Shown here piece after piece: positions 39,669-50,501 of a stretch of DNA of 64,000 nucleotides. The notes beneath the pieces were generated by a model. It was not told the origin of the DNA. It worked only from the letters and a program-made list of their open reading frames with translations, and did not search any database. The stretch's first letter is position 1. Each line of letters starts with the position of its first letter. This stretch comes from Acutalibacteraceae bacterium. Its GTDB lineage: Bacteria > Bacillota > Clostridia > Oscillospirales > Acutalibacteraceae. The position numbers were made by a program, and so were the translations under genes. Location of the stretch: positions 4,541-68,540 of the forward strand of contig JAZOQV010000055.1 in assembly GCA_045656265.1 (NCBI GenBank). Direction: 5' to 3'.

Positions 39669-40403
39669 ATGCAATTTAGCGTAAACAGTCCAATACTGTT
39701 TATAATTGTTGCGGTCATTATTGCATTGGTGCTTGCACAGTCTGTTTACTTTTTAGTACGTGCAGTTCGTCGTGCTAAAGAGTTGGGTATTGCAAGCAGT
39801 ACAGTTAAGAAAACTATTTCATCGGCGGCTATATTTACAATAGCGCCTGCGATTGCAATACTTGTAGGTGTTGTAGCACTTTCAAAAAGCCTGGGTGTTG
39901 CATTACCTTGGTTAAGACTTTCGGTTATCGGCTCTATTTCTTACGAAACAGTTGCCGCCGGCAATGCACTTGAGGCAGCAGGTGTTGGCGCAGGAACAAC
40001 CATAACTGACCCGTCTTTGTATGTAACTATTCTTTGGGTTATGACGCTAGGTATTGCCGCGGGCATCGTTTTCGTACCTTTTGTAACCAAAAAAATACAA
40101 AGTGGTTTAACCAAGATGGGTATGAAGGATAAAAAATGGGGCGAGATTTTCAATAACGCTATGTTCCTTGGTATGATTTCTGCTTTTTTGGGTTACGTGT
40201 TCTGCGATGTAACTAACGTTTTTTCGGGTGATATTTCAGGCTTAATTCCTGTATGTGTTATGTTTGTATCGGCTTTGATTATGGCAGTATGTGGTATTAT
40301 GGCTACAAAACTGAAAATCAGATGGTTAACAGATTATGCATTACCATTAAGTCTTGTTATAGGTATGGCTTCTGCAATACCATTTACCGCATGGTTAGGA
40401 TAG
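39669..40403 (+). CDS. DUF5058-like polytopic membrane protein
   Basis: Starts MQFSVNSPILFII with GGAGG RBS (the track ORF is extended upstream through the terminator). The family call is from memory of the DUF5058 pattern and its M20 neighbourhood. Confidence 0.5.
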   Translation: MQFSVNSPILFIIVAVIIALVLAQSVYFLVRAVRRAKELGIASSTVKKTISSAAIFTIAPAIAILVGVVALSKSLGVALPWLRLSVIGSISYETVAAGNALEAAGVGAGTTITDPSLYVTILWVMTLGIAAGIVFVPFVTKKIQSGLTKMGMKDKKWGEIFNNAMFLGMISAFLGYVFCDVTNVFSGDISGLIPVCVMFVSALIMAVCGIMATKLKIRWLTDYALPLSLVIGMASAIPFTAWLG

Positions 40404-40415
40404 GGGGTAGAACTA

Positions 40416-41072
40416 ATGAGTAATTATATGAATAGGGTGCATCGCGATGGTCGCATCTGGGGCATTATTATTGGTGTTATTTTATTAAGTCTACCTTTGG
40501 CAGTTTCAATTATTTTTGGCGCTACACCAAATTATTCCGTTTTAATTAAAGGTTTACTTGCTACTGCACCTATGTATTGGGCGGTAGGTATTATTGAAAT
40601 ATTTACTTATATTCCTATGCTTGGGGCAGGTGGTACGTATCTATCATTTATAACGGGTAATATTTCAAACCTAAAACTACCTTGCGCTATTGATGCTATG
40701 GAAAGAGCAAATGTAAAAGCATCCAGCGAAGAGGGCGAGGTTATCTCAACAATAGCGATTGCGGTTTCAAGCATAGTTACAACCTTGATTATAATTATTG
40801 GTGTAATATGCATTGTGCCTTTAACCCCTTTGTTAGAGTCGCCTGTGCTTGTACCTGCTTTTGATATGATTTTACCTGCACTGTTTGGCGGTCTGGCTGT
40901 TGTATTTATTTCTAAAAATCTAAAACTTTCAATAGCTCCTGTAATTCTTATGCTTGCGCTATTTATTTTCGTCCCTGCACTTAATGCCGGAACAGTTGGT
41001 ATTATGGTACCTGTTGGCGTTGTATTTACACTAATTGTAGCAAGAATTATGTATAAAAAGGGGATGCTATAA
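40416..41072 (+). CDS. hypothetical polytopic membrane protein
   Basis: 218 aa, several TM segments, tightly coupled to both neighbours. Confidence 0.5.
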   Translation: MSNYMNRVHRDGRIWGIIIGVILLSLPLAVSIIFGATPNYSVLIKGLLATAPMYWAVGIIEIFTYIPMLGAGGTYLSFITGNISNLKLPCAIDAMERANVKASSEEGEVISTIAIAVSSIVTTLIIIIGVICIVPLTPLLESPVLVPAFDMILPALFGGLAVVFISKNLKLSIAPVILMLALFIFVPALNAGTVGIMVPVGVVFTLIVARIMYKKGML

Positions 41073-42503
41073 ATGTGGTGGATAATACCAATAGTGTTTG
41101 CGCTTTTTATCCTTATAATTATTGTTCGCGCGCTTGTGTTTACACCAAAGGTAATTCAAAACGAGCAGTACGAAGAAATAATTTTTGACAAAGAAAAAGC
41201 AACTGCAAATTTGGTTGAGTTAATTAAGTGTAAAACCGTTTCTTATAAAAATAGTGAATTAGAGGATGAGAGGGAATTTCAAAAATTCATATCACTCTTA
41301 CCAAAACTTTATAAAAATGTTTATAAGGTGTGCGAAATAACTGAATTCGATGATAGAGGTTTGCTTTTCTTATGGAAAGGCGCAGAAAAAGGCGACCCGG
41401 CAGTGTTTATGTCGCACTATGATGTGGTGCCTGTAAACGAAGACAGTTGGGATAAACCTCCCTTTGATGCAGTAATAGAAGATGGTAAACTTTATGGTAG
41501 AGGTGCTTTAGATACAAAGGTTACTTTTAATGCTATCTTAAGCGCTGCCGACCATTTAATCACTATGGGATTTACACCTAAAAACGATGTGTATTTTGCC
41601 TTTTCAGGTGGCGAAGAAATAAACGGAAACGGCGCTAAACATATAGTAGAATATTTTTATGAAAATAATCTAACGCCTAGCATCGTGCTCGATGAGGGCG
41701 GCGCGGTTGTTGAAGATGTTTTCCCAGGAGTTAAGAGCGCTTGCGGCATTATCGGTATTGCTGAAAAGGGTATGATAGACCTTTGTTATAAGTCTGTTTC
41801 AAATGGTGGGCACGCTTCTGCACCTAAACCAAAAACACCGGTTGATAGTTTAGCCGCAGCTTGCTGTAAACTTATCAAAAAACCTTTTAAAGCCCACATA
41901 ACCGAACCTGTAAAGCAAATGTTTGATACACTAGGTAGGCATTCAACCTTTGTTTATCGAATGATATTTGCAAATATTTGGCTTTTTAAACCTATACTAA
42001 ATATCATTTGTAAAAAATCTGGTGGCGAACTTAACGCGCTACTTCGTACAACCGTTGCTTTTACACAAATGAGTGGTTCTTCTGCTTCTAACGTAATTCC
42101 ACCCGAGGCAACTATGGTTTCAAACATTCGTTTAAACCCTCAGGATAGTGTTAACTCCGCAAAAGAGTATATAAAGAAAACTATTAAAGACGATAGTATA
42201 GAATTGTCGATATTACATAGCACAGAACCAAGCCGAATTTCTCGTACAGACTGTGAGGGCTATGAAAAACTGACACATTCTATAAAAGCAACTTGGAAAG
42301 GTGCAATCGTTTCGCCGTATCTTATGATGCAGTGTTCAGATTCTCGCCATTGGGGTAAGGTTTCGGATAAGGTTTACCGTTTTTCTGCTATGGATTTAAC
42401 AAAAGAAGAGCGCTCGACAATTCACGGAAATAATGAACATATAAGACTTGAAACCTTGTATCGCTCGGTAGAATTTTACATTCGTTTGATGGAACAAATG
42501 TAG
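41073..42503 (+). CDS. M20/M25/M40 family metallopeptidase with an N-terminal TM anchor
   Basis: HYDVVP, GRGALDTK, SGGEE, DEGG blocks, 476 aa. Confidence 0.8.
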   Translation: MWWIIPIVFALFILIIIVRALVFTPKVIQNEQYEEIIFDKEKATANLVELIKCKTVSYKNSELEDEREFQKFISLLPKLYKNVYKVCEITEFDDRGLLFLWKGAEKGDPAVFMSHYDVVPVNEDSWDKPPFDAVIEDGKLYGRGALDTKVTFNAILSAADHLITMGFTPKNDVYFAFSGGEEINGNGAKHIVEYFYENNLTPSIVLDEGGAVVEDVFPGVKSACGIIGIAEKGMIDLCYKSVSNGGHASAPKPKTPVDSLAAACCKLIKKPFKAHITEPVKQMFDTLGRHSTFVYRMIFANIWLFKPILNIICKKSGGELNALLRTTVAFTQMSGSSASNVIPPEATMVSNIRLNPQDSVNSAKEYIKKTIKDDSIELSILHSTEPSRISRTDCEGYEKLTHSIKATWKGAIVSPYLMMQCSDSRHWGKVSDKVYRFSAMDLTKEERSTIHGNNEHIRLETLYRSVEFYIRLMEQM

Positions 42504-42512
42504 CAAATGATC

Positions 42513-42540
42513 TTGACACAATAAAAATTTATGTTAAAAT
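42513..42540 (+). promoter_or_regulatory. sigma-A promoter with extended -10
   Basis: TTGACA, 16 nt spacer, TGtTAAAAT. Confidence 0.55.
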
Positions 42541-42548
42541 AAAAATAA

Positions 42549-42630
42549 CCCTTGTAACTGACGGAAGAAATGGTCTACCATTGTGGAGCAAGGGTGGGTG
42601 TAAAAACCTTTTTGCCGACCGTCTGGGCGC
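42549..42630 (+). promoter_or_regulatory. ZTP (pfl motif) riboswitch
   Basis: P1 CCCTTG...CAAGGG, ACTGACGGAA core, ATGGT/ACCAT hairpin, and distal GCCGACCGTCTGGGCG pseudoknot strand. This closely matches remembered ZTP riboswitch sequences and sits upstream of glyA-fhs. Confidence 0.85.
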
Positions 42631-42666
42631 ATTTATCTAATTTGTAGATAAGTGCGCCTTTTTTGT
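42624..42666 (+). terminator. riboswitch expression-platform terminator
   Basis: GGCGCA(T)TTATCTA / TAGATAAGTGCGCC stem followed by TTTTTT. Its 5' arm overlaps the pseudoknot strand. Confidence 0.8.
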
Positions 42667-42735
42667 GTCTTAACTCTTTACAAAATAATGTTTTATAGTT
42701 ATAATATAACTATAAATAAAATTGGAGGATGTATA

Positions 42736-43974
42736 ATGAACTTTTTTGAAGAATTAAAAAATTACGATGTTGATGTTGCCGCCGCTTGTCAAAAAGAATT
42801 AGAGCGTCAACAGAACAATATTGAACTTATCGCATCTGAAAACATTGTATCAAAGGCGGTTTTACTTGCTGCCGGAGGTGTTTTAACTAATAAATATGCC
42901 GAAGGTTATCCTGGCAAACGTTATTACGGCGGTTGCCAATGTGTTGATATTGTAGAGGATATTGCAAGAGAGCGCGCTAAAAAACTTTTTGGTGCAGAGT
43001 ATGCAAACGTTCAGCCACATAGTGGCGCAAATGCAAACCTAGCAGTTTTCTTTGCGCTTTTAAACCCGGGCGATACAGTAATGGGTATGAACTTGCAGCA
43101 GGGCGGACATCTTTCTCACGGTTCACCTGTAAATATCTCGGGTAAATATTTCAATATCGTGCCATACGGTGTAAATGATATTACCGAAACTATCGACTAT
43201 GACGAGATGGAAAAAACCGCGCTTGAGTGCAAACCAAAACTAATTGTAGTTGGTGCTAGCGCATATTCTCGTACTATTGATTTTGCCCGTTGCCGTGAAA
43301 TCGCCGATAAAGTTGGCGCTTACTTAATGGTTGATATGGCGCATATTGCAGGTCTTATCGCGGCAGGCGTACATCCTTCACCAGTGCCTTATGCCGATGT
43401 TGTAACAACCACAACACATAAAACTTTACGTGGACCAAGAGGCGGTATGATTCTTTGTCGTGAAGAACTTGGCAAGCAGATTGATAAAGCCGTGTTCCCG
43501 GGTACACAGGGCGGTCCTTTAATGCACATTATTGCCGCTAAGGCAGTAGCGTTAGGCGAGGCTTTAACCGACGAGTTCAAGGCTTACCAAACCCAAATTG
43601 TTAAAAATGCCGCCGCGCTTTGTGGACATTTAATTGATAACGGTATTGAGATAGTATCGGGCGGTACTGATAACCACCTAATGTTATTAAAACTTATCAA
43701 TAACGGAATTACAGGTAAAGAACTTGAACACCGTTTGGACGAAGTTCACATTACTGCTAACAAAAACACCATTCCTAACGACCCTGCAAGTCCGTTTGTT
43801 ACTAGCGGTCTTAGAATTGGTACACCTGCAGTTACTTCCCGTGGCTTCAAAGAGCCTGAAATGAAACTCATCGCAGGTTGGATAACCGACGTTATCAACG
43901 ATTTTGAAGGTAATAAAGATAGAATCACTTCTGAGGTCGTAGACCTTTGCAAAAAATTCCCAATCTATAAATAA
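42736..43974 (+). CDS. glyA: serine hydroxymethyltransferase
   Basis: [11 protein letters not shown] start with GGAGG RBS, and the [17 protein letters not shown] motif. The track ORF is extended upstream over the terminator. Confidence 0.95.
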   Translation: MNFFEELKNYDVDVAAACQKELERQQNNIELIASENIVSKAVLLAAGGVLTNKYAEGYPGKRYYGGCQCVDIVEDIARERAKKLFGAEYANVQPHSGANANLAVFFALLNPGDTVMGMNLQQGGHLSHGSPVNISGKYFNIVPYGVNDITETIDYDEMEKTALECKPKLIVVGASAYSRTIDFARCREIADKVGAYLMVDMAHIAGLIAAGVHPSPVPYADVVTTTTHKTLRGPRGGMILCREELGKQIDKAVFPGTQGGPLMHIIAAKAVALGEALTDEFKAYQTQIVKNAAALCGHLIDNGIEIVSGGTDNHLMLLKLINNGITGKELEHRLDEVHITANKNTIPNDPASPFVTSGLRIGTPAVTSRGFKEPEMKLIAGWITDVINDFEGNKDRITSEVVDLCKKFPIYK

Positions 43975-43984
43975 AGAGGAGATA

Positions 43985-45667
43985 ATGGATATGGCTTATT
44001 TATCCGATATTGAAATTGCTCAACAGTGCGAAATGAAACATATTCGCGAAATTGCAAAAGTTGCCAATGTTGATGAAAAATATATCGAACAATATGGTAA
44101 CTATAAAGCAAAAATTGACCTTTCTTTGCTTGATGAAACTTCAGCAAAAGACGGAAAATTGGTGCTTGTAACCGCTATTACACCAACCCCTGCAGGCGAG
44201 GGTAAAACCACTACTACAATCGGTCTTGCAGACGGTCTTAGAAGAATTGGCAAAAATGTTACAGTTGCTTTGCGCGAGCCATCTTTGGGACCTGTTTTCG
44301 GTGTTAAAGGCGGTGCTGCAGGCGGCGGTTATGCTCAAGTTGTTCCTATGGAGGATATTAACCTTCACTTTACGGGCGACTTCCATGCAATTGGCGCGGC
44401 TAATAATCTGCTTGCTGCAATGCTTGATAACCATATTCAACAAGGCAACTCTTTGAATATCGACGTTAGAAAAATCACTTGGAAGCGTTGCGTTGATATG
44501 AACGACCGTCAACTTCGTTTTGTTGTTGACGGTATGGGCGGTAAAGCAAATGGCGTGCCTAGAGAAGACGGTTTCGATATTACAGTTGCCAGTGAAATTA
44601 TGGCAGTACTTTGCCTTTCTAGTTCAATTACAGATTTAAAAGAGCGTTTATCGAGAATTATCGTGGGTTATACTTACGATGATAAACCTGTTACTTGTGG
44701 CGAATTAAAAGCCGCCGGTGCTATGGCAGCGCTTCTTAAAGATGCTTTAAAACCAAATCTTGTGCAGACTTTAGAAGGTACACCTGCATTCGTTCACGGT
44801 GGTCCATTTGCAAATATTGCACACGGCTGTAACTCTGTAACCGCTACAAAACTTGCTTTAAAAATGGGCGATTATGCTATTACAGAGGCAGGTTTTGGCG
44901 CAGATCTCGGCGCAGAAAAGTTCCTAGATATTAAATGTCGTATGGCAGGTCTTACACCTAGTGCCGTTGTTATGGTTGCAACTGTTCGTGCCCTTAAAAT
45001 GCATGGCGGCAAACTAAAAACCGAACTTGGTACAGAGGATTTGGAGGCGCTCGAAAAGGGTATTCCTAACCTTCTACGCCATGTTTCTAACATTAAAAAC
45101 GTTTATAAACTCCCTTGCGTTGTTGCGGTTAACCGTTTTCCAACCGATACCGATAACGAAATAGAGTTTATTATTGAAAAGTGCCGCGAACTTGGTGTTA
45201 ACACTGTACTTTCAACAGTTTGGGCAGATGGCGGTAAAGGCGGCGAGGAACTCGCACGCGAGGTTGTTCGTCTTTGCGAAGAAGAAAAAGGCGACTTCAC
45301 TTTCAGTTATGAACTCGATACCACTATTGAGGAGAAAATCGAGGCTATTGTTAAAAAGGTATATGGCGGTAACGGCATAACCTTAACTCCTAATGCTAAA
45401 AAACAAATTGAACAGTTAACAAAACTTGGATTTGATAAATGCCCAGTTTGTGTTGCAAAAACGCAGTATAGTTTCTCTGATGACCCAACAAAACTTGGTG
45501 CACCCCAAGACTTTACGGTTACTATTAAAAACGTTAAAATCTCAGCAGGCGCAGGCTTTATAGTTGTGCTTACAGGCGATATTTTAACAATGCCGGGTCT
45601 ACCAAAAGTACCAGCCGCAGAGCGTATTGATGTAGACGAAAGCGGTAAAATCACAGGTCTTTTCTAA
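43985..45667 (+). CDS. fhs: formate--tetrahydrofolate ligase
   Basis: LSDIEIAQ N-terminus and the [10 protein letters not shown] motif. ATG 43991 is an alternative start. Confidence 0.95.
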   Translation: MDMAYLSDIEIAQQCEMKHIREIAKVANVDEKYIEQYGNYKAKIDLSLLDETSAKDGKLVLVTAITPTPAGEGKTTTTIGLADGLRRIGKNVTVALREPSLGPVFGVKGGAAGGGYAQVVPMEDINLHFTGDFHAIGAANNLLAAMLDNHIQQGNSLNIDVRKITWKRCVDMNDRQLRFVVDGMGGKANGVPREDGFDITVASEIMAVLCLSSSITDLKERLSRIIVGYTYDDKPVTCGELKAAGAMAALLKDALKPNLVQTLEGTPAFVHGGPFANIAHGCNSVTATKLALKMGDYAITEAGFGADLGAEKFLDIKCRMAGLTPSAVVMVATVRALKMHGGKLKTELGTEDLEALEKGIPNLLRHVSNIKNVYKLPCVVAVNRFPTDTDNEIEFIIEKCRELGVNTVLSTVWADGGKGGEELAREVVRLCEEEKGDFTFSYELDTTIEEKIEAIVKKVYGGNGITLTPNAKKQIEQLTKLGFDKCPVCVAKTQYSFSDDPTKLGAPQDFTVTIKNVKISAGAGFIVVLTGDILTMPGLPKVPAAERIDVDESGKITGLF

Positions 45668-45710
45668 TTGTTTACATAATTAGATTTTTGTGGTAAACTA
45701 AATATAGAGG

Positions 45711-45743
45711 CTCCCGAGTGCATTTGCCTCGGGAGTATTTTTT
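45711..45743 (+). terminator. intrinsic terminator after fhs
   Basis: CTCCCGAG / CTCGGGAG stem followed by a T-run. Confidence 0.75.
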
Positions 45744-45759
45744 ATAAAGGGGAATTTTT

Positions 45760-46482
45760 ATGGCTAAACTATATCCAACTCCGCATATCAATGCTACTCC
45801 CGAAGATTTTGCAAAAACAGTACTAATGCCTGGCGACCCGTTAAGAGCAGAGTTTATTGCTAAAAATTTTTTAGAAAACGCAAAACTTGTTAATAGCGTT
45901 CGTGGCGTAAATGGCTATACAGGTCTTTATAAGGGCGCTAAGGTTAGTGTGATGGCAAGCGGTATGGGAATGCCATCTATTGGTATATATTCGCATGAAC
46001 TATATAACTTCTTTGGCGTAGAAAATATTATTCGTGTCGGTTCGGCGGGGGCGTTACAACCCAATATTCCTTTAAAAGAGATAATCATAGCACAAGGTGC
46101 TTCTACTAATTCAAACTATGCAAGTGCATTTAACCTTCCGGGTACATTCGCACCCATTTGTAGTTATGATTTGTTAAAAATTGCAACTAGCGAGGCAGAT
46201 AAAATGAATGCAAGTTTTAGGGTCGGCAACGTTTTATCGTCGGATACTTTTTATAGTGATAATAATGATGCGGAATTGTGGGCTAAAATGGGCGTACTTG
46301 CTGTCGAAATGGAAGCGGCTGCACTGTATATGAATGCTGCAAGATGCAACAAAAACGCGCTTGCAATATTAACTGTTTCAGATAACGTTGTTACGGGCGA
46401 AGCAACTTCTGCACACGAAAGACAGGTAAGTTTTACTACAATGATGGAACTTAGCTTAAATATTGCAAAAGCTATGGATTAG
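45760..46482 (+). CDS. deoD: purine nucleoside phosphorylase DeoD-type
   Basis: 240 aa. PTPHINA N-terminus, GMGMPS and VEMEAAALY blocks. Confidence 0.9.
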   Translation: MAKLYPTPHINATPEDFAKTVLMPGDPLRAEFIAKNFLENAKLVNSVRGVNGYTGLYKGAKVSVMASGMGMPSIGIYSHELYNFFGVENIIRVGSAGALQPNIPLKEIIIAQGASTNSNYASAFNLPGTFAPICSYDLLKIATSEADKMNASFRVGNVLSSDTFYSDNNDAELWAKMGVLAVEMEAAALYMNAARCNKNALAILTVSDNVVTGEATSAHERQVSFTTMMELSLNIAKAMD

Positions 46483-46491
46483 GTGCGAATT

Positions 46492-46866
46492 ATGACAGAT
46501 AAAGAACTATTAAAAATTGCAACAGAACAGTTAAACAATTCATATTCTCCATATTCTAACTTTAAAGTTGGCGCGGCACTTCTTACTAAATCGGGTAAAG
46601 TATATACAGGGTGCAATATAGAGAATGCGTCTTTTTCTCCAACAATTTGTGCAGAAAGAACCGCGTTTTTTAAAGCGATTAGCGAGGGAGAACGCGAGTT
46701 TTGTAGCATTGCAATAGTTGGTGGCAATAAAGAGTGTTTGCCTTGCGGTGTGTGTAGGCAGGTTATGGCAGAGTTTTGCAAGCCTGATTTTAAGGTTGTT
46801 ACAAATACCGGCAAATACAGGTTAGATGAACTTATGCCAAACTTATTTAAACTAGATAGGGAATAA
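46492..46866 (+). CDS. cdd: cytidine deaminase
   Basis: CAERTA and PCGVCRQ zinc motifs. ATG 46492 (the track starts at GTG 46483). Confidence 0.9.
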   Translation: MTDKELLKIATEQLNNSYSPYSNFKVGAALLTKSGKVYTGCNIENASFSPTICAERTAFFKAISEGEREFCSIAIVGGNKECLPCGVCRQVMAEFCKPDFKVVTNTGKYRLDELMPNLFKLDRE

Positions 46867-46870
46867 TATT

Positions 46871-48172
46871 ATGAGAATGTACGATATAATCGAGAAAAAG
46901 CGCAACGGGGGCGAACTTACATCCCAAGAAATCGAGTTCTTTGTTAAGGGTGCTACTAGTGGCGAAATACCCGATTATCAAATTTCCGCGCTTTTAATGG
47001 CAATATATTTTAAAGGTATGACCAATCGTGAAACGGTTGACCTTACAATATGTATGCGTGATTCGGGTGATACGCTTGATTTAAGCAGATTTGGAAATCT
47101 TTCGGTTGATAAGCACAGTACGGGCGGTGTTGGCGATAAAACTACACTTATAGTTGCCCCAATCGTTGCTTCTCTTGGCGCAAAGGTAGCCAAAATGTCG
47201 GGCAGAGGACTAGGCTTTACGGGTGGAACTGTTGATAAACTCGAATCGGCTAGCGGATATAATACTTCGCCTAGTATTGAGGAGTTTTTTGAGATTTCTT
47301 CAAAGTGCGGCGTTTCGGTCATTTCACAAACAGGAAATATGGCGCCTGCAGATAAAAAATTATACTCTCTCAGAGACGTTACCGCAACTATCGAAAGCAT
47401 ACCTTTAATTACCGCAAGCATTATGTCAAAAAAATTAGCCGCAGGGGCTAAAAACATTGTTCTTGATGTTAAGTGCGGTAGCGGCGCTTTTATGAAAAAT
47501 AAAGAAGAAGCAGCAATGCTTGCCAAAAACATGGTTGAAATCGGCAAAATGTGTGGGATAAACACAGTAGCTGTGTTAACCAATATGGATACACCGTTAG
47601 GCTTTGCTATCGGTAACACTTTAGAGATTATAGAAGCGGCAGAGATTTTAAAAGGTAAACGCCAAGGCGCGTTGTACGATATTTGTGTTAAATTAGCATC
47701 TTTGATGATAAGTTTGGCGTTAGAGATTAGCGAAGAAGAAGCAAAAACAAGGGTTGTTGATTCAATAAACAGTGGTGTTGCTTTTAATAAAATGAAAGAA
47801 TGGTTTGGTTTGCAAGGCGCTAATCCTGATTGTTTAGAAGATTATTCTTTATTTAAAAAACCTAAATTCACGCTTCAAATAAAAGCAAAAGAATCGGGAT
47901 ATATTCAAAGTATTGATGCATTAAGCATAGGTAAAACGGCTTTAATACTTGGTGCTGGCAGAGAAAAAGCAGGGGATAAAATAGACCATAGTGCAGGTGT
48001 ATATCTTAATAAAACACTTGGCGATCATGTAAACTTGGGCGAAACACTTTGCACTCTTTATACCGACAAAGAAAACAGTTTAAAAGAAACTGAAAAAATA
48101 ACTCTAGATGCTTTTAAAATCAGCGAGAATAAACCAACACCCAAAACCTTAATTTACGACACTGTAAAATAA
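46871..48172 (+). CDS. pdp: pyrimidine-nucleoside phosphorylase
   Basis: 433 aa. DKHSTGGVGDK and SGRGLGFTGGT motifs. Confidence 0.9.
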   Translation: MRMYDIIEKKRNGGELTSQEIEFFVKGATSGEIPDYQISALLMAIYFKGMTNRETVDLTICMRDSGDTLDLSRFGNLSVDKHSTGGVGDKTTLIVAPIVASLGAKVAKMSGRGLGFTGGTVDKLESASGYNTSPSIEEFFEISSKCGVSVISQTGNMAPADKKLYSLRDVTATIESIPLITASIMSKKLAAGAKNIVLDVKCGSGAFMKNKEEAAMLAKNMVEIGKMCGINTVAVLTNMDTPLGFAIGNTLEIIEAAEILKGKRQGALYDICVKLASLMISLALEISEEEAKTRVVDSINSGVAFNKMKEWFGLQGANPDCLEDYSLFKKPKFTLQIKAKESGYIQSIDALSIGKTALILGAGREKAGDKIDHSAGVYLNKTLGDHVNLGETLCTLYTDKENSLKETEKITLDAFKISENKPTPKTLIYDTVK

Positions 48173-48200
48173 AAAGAAGGATGCTTACTGCATCCTTCTT
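48171..48200. terminator. bidirectional intrinsic terminator
   Basis: AGAAGGATGC / GCATCCTTCT stem between convergent pdp and birA. Confidence 0.7.
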
Positions 48201-48954
48201 ATATTTTTATACTTATTTCGCCAAAGTTTATGCTTTTTTCTATTCCGTTTTGCATAACCGTTAAACTACAATCATCCTCAATTCTTAATGCTTTTGCAAT
48301 ATAACAGTCATTATTTTGAAGAATTTTAATTTCTTTACCAACCACGATTGATTTATTTCGATAGCCGTCTAAAAATTCTAGTTTGTTAATGTTTTTCAAG
48401 CCATCTTCTAAGTTGTTAATAACGCAAGCGGCTAGTGTGTTAATATCAATTTTCTTTTTGCATTCTTTATTCAATGCTGTGGCGATGTTCTTAATTTCTT
48501 TGGTTGCAAAATTTCTGGATATGTTTATGCCAATGCCAATAATTATTTTATCGGGCAAGGTGTTATTATTGGTAAAAAAGCCTTCAGTTAAAATACCACA
48601 AACTTTTTTATTATTTATATAAATGTCATTAACCCATTTTATACCGCATTCAATACCGCAAACTTCATCAATTGCTTTAGCGGCAGCCACAGCAGTACAA
48701 GCGGTAATTAACCCTGCATTAAAATCTGCACCCAAAGTGTCGGTAACATACGATAAATAAAGCCCGCCTTTTTTAGAAATGAAACTTCTGCCCAATCTAC
48801 CTCTTCCGCCTGTTTGTTTTTTTGCTATTACAACCTTCGGATATTCGTTACTGTTATCTCTTTTTGCATAACTGTTAGTAGAGTCAACTTGGTTTAAAAG
48901 TATTAAGTTTATGTCATTGTTAAGCCGTTTTAATATACTTTGTTTTCTTAACAT
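48199..48954 (-). CDS. birA: biotin--[acetyl-CoA-carboxylase] ligase (no N-terminal HTH)
   Basis: GRGRLGRSF motif. 251 aa, too short for a repressor domain. Confidence 0.85.
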   Translation of the reverse strand: MLRKQSILKRLNNDINLILLNQVDSTNSYAKRDNSNEYPKVVIAKKQTGGRGRLGRSFISKKGGLYLSYVTDTLGADFNAGLITACTAVAAAKAIDEVCGIECGIKWVNDIYINNKKVCGILTEGFFTNNNTLPDKIIIGIGINISRNFATKEIKNIATALNKECKKKIDINTLAACVINNLEDGLKNINKLEFLDGYRNKSIVVGKEIKILQNNDCYIAKALRIEDDCSLTVMQNGIEKSINFGEISIKI

Positions 48955-49107
48955 AGTTACTCCTTATGTAAACTATTAGTAGTATAACATACTTTTAATT
49001 AAAATTAAAGTGTTTTAAATTATACTATAAGTAGAGTATAAATACCTTGAAATAAGAAATTTTTTGGTTTATAATTTATATGTGAAATTTATTTGGGGGT
49101 GTTTGCT

Positions 49108-50376
49108 ATGAATAGCAGATACGATATTATAGTTGCCGGCGGTGGCATTTCAGGTGCCATTGCAGCAGTTGCCGCATCACGAGAAGGCGCAAAAGTACTG
49201 CTTATAGAACGTGACGGCAGTTTGGGCGGCGCTGCTACCAATGGTCTTGTGTATCCAATTGCCAGGTATTTAGCGAAAGATAATAATGGTAATATTATTA
49301 CTGTTAATAAAGGTCTGTTCCTTGAAGCTATAAATAGATTGCAAGAAATTGACCAATATAATTCTGATGATTATGTATCTTATCACGATGCAGCATTCAA
49401 TCAAGAAGCACTTAAATATGTTTTAGATAGGCTAACAATTGAAAGCGGAGTAGAAGTGCTTTTTCACACTTTTATATCTAACGTTAGCGCTGAAGGGGGT
49501 AAAGTTAAGTCTGTAACTGTTGTTAACAAGTCGGGTGTTGCCGAGATCTTTGCGGATTATTTTATAGACTGCACCGGGGATGCTGACGTAGCGGCAAAAG
49601 CAGGTTGCAGTTACCGCATAGGCGATGGTAATGGTAATTGTCAACCTATGACAATGTGTTTTAGAATAGGTAATGTTAACAAAGCTCTATTTGACAAACA
49701 TAAAAATGAAATATATAAATTATTTAATGAAATGCAAGAAAATGGAACGCTTAATTGTCCCGGCCTTTTTATAACCTTTAATCATTTAGGCGATGGCATC
49801 TTGCATTTCAACTCAACAAGGGTTATAAATCATTCTGGCATTGATGCAGTTGAGTTAAGCAGAGCAGAGCAAGAGGGTAGGGCACAGGTCATAGAAACCT
49901 ATAAATTTTTAAAGAAATATGCAAAAGGTTTTGAAAATTGCGTATTGCTTTCTGCTGCTTCAAGTATAGGCGTCCGTGAATCAAGGCTTATTGATGGCGA
50001 TTATGTACTCACTTCCGACGATGTGCTAAAATGCCGACATTTTGAAGATTCAATTGCTTGTGGTTCGTATTTAATAGATATACACAATCCTAAAGGTAAA
50101 GGTGTTGAGCTAAAGGAATTAGAGGGTGTGTACTACCATATACCATATCGTTGTATTACGCCAAAAGGCTTCGATAATATATTCGTTGCAGGTCGTTGTA
50201 TATCTGCTACCCATGAAGCTCAGGGCGCATGCAGAACAATTCCTATTTGCGCATCGGTTGGAGAGGCGGCAGGTGTTGCGGCATCTCTTTGTGTAAAGTC
50301 AGGTGTTACTTCTCGTGAATTAAACATTGAAACTTTACAACATAAAATTGAAGAATTCGGTGGAAAATATAATTAA
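49108..50376 (+). CDS. FAD-dependent oxidoreductase
   Basis: YDIIVAGGGISGAIAA dinucleotide-binding motif and a C-terminal GRCIS block. ATG 49108 with GGGGG RBS. Confidence 0.7.
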   Translation: MNSRYDIIVAGGGISGAIAAVAASREGAKVLLIERDGSLGGAATNGLVYPIARYLAKDNNGNIITVNKGLFLEAINRLQEIDQYNSDDYVSYHDAAFNQEALKYVLDRLTIESGVEVLFHTFISNVSAEGGKVKSVTVVNKSGVAEIFADYFIDCTGDADVAAKAGCSYRIGDGNGNCQPMTMCFRIGNVNKALFDKHKNEIYKLFNEMQENGTLNCPGLFITFNHLGDGILHFNSTRVINHSGIDAVELSRAEQEGRAQVIETYKFLKKYAKGFENCVLLSAASSIGVRESRLIDGDYVLTSDDVLKCRHFEDSIACGSYLIDIHNPKGKGVELKELEGVYYHIPYRCITPKGFDNIFVAGRCISATHEAQGACRTIPICASVGEAAGVAASLCVKSGVTSRELNIETLQHKIEEFGGKYN

Positions 50377-50437
50377 TACAAAGTTATTATATCTTATAAT
50401 AATTTGTAAAATTTTAAGAATTTTTATTGTTAAATAC

Positions 50438-50466
50438 TTGACAATGTTTTTTTGTTGCGGTATTAT
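50438..50466 (+). promoter_or_regulatory. sigma-A promoter of hppA
   Basis: TTGACA, 17 nt spacer, TATTAT. Confidence 0.5.
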
Positions 50467-50501
50467 TATAAAAATACAAAAAAGAAGAAAGGAAGATTTT
50501 T

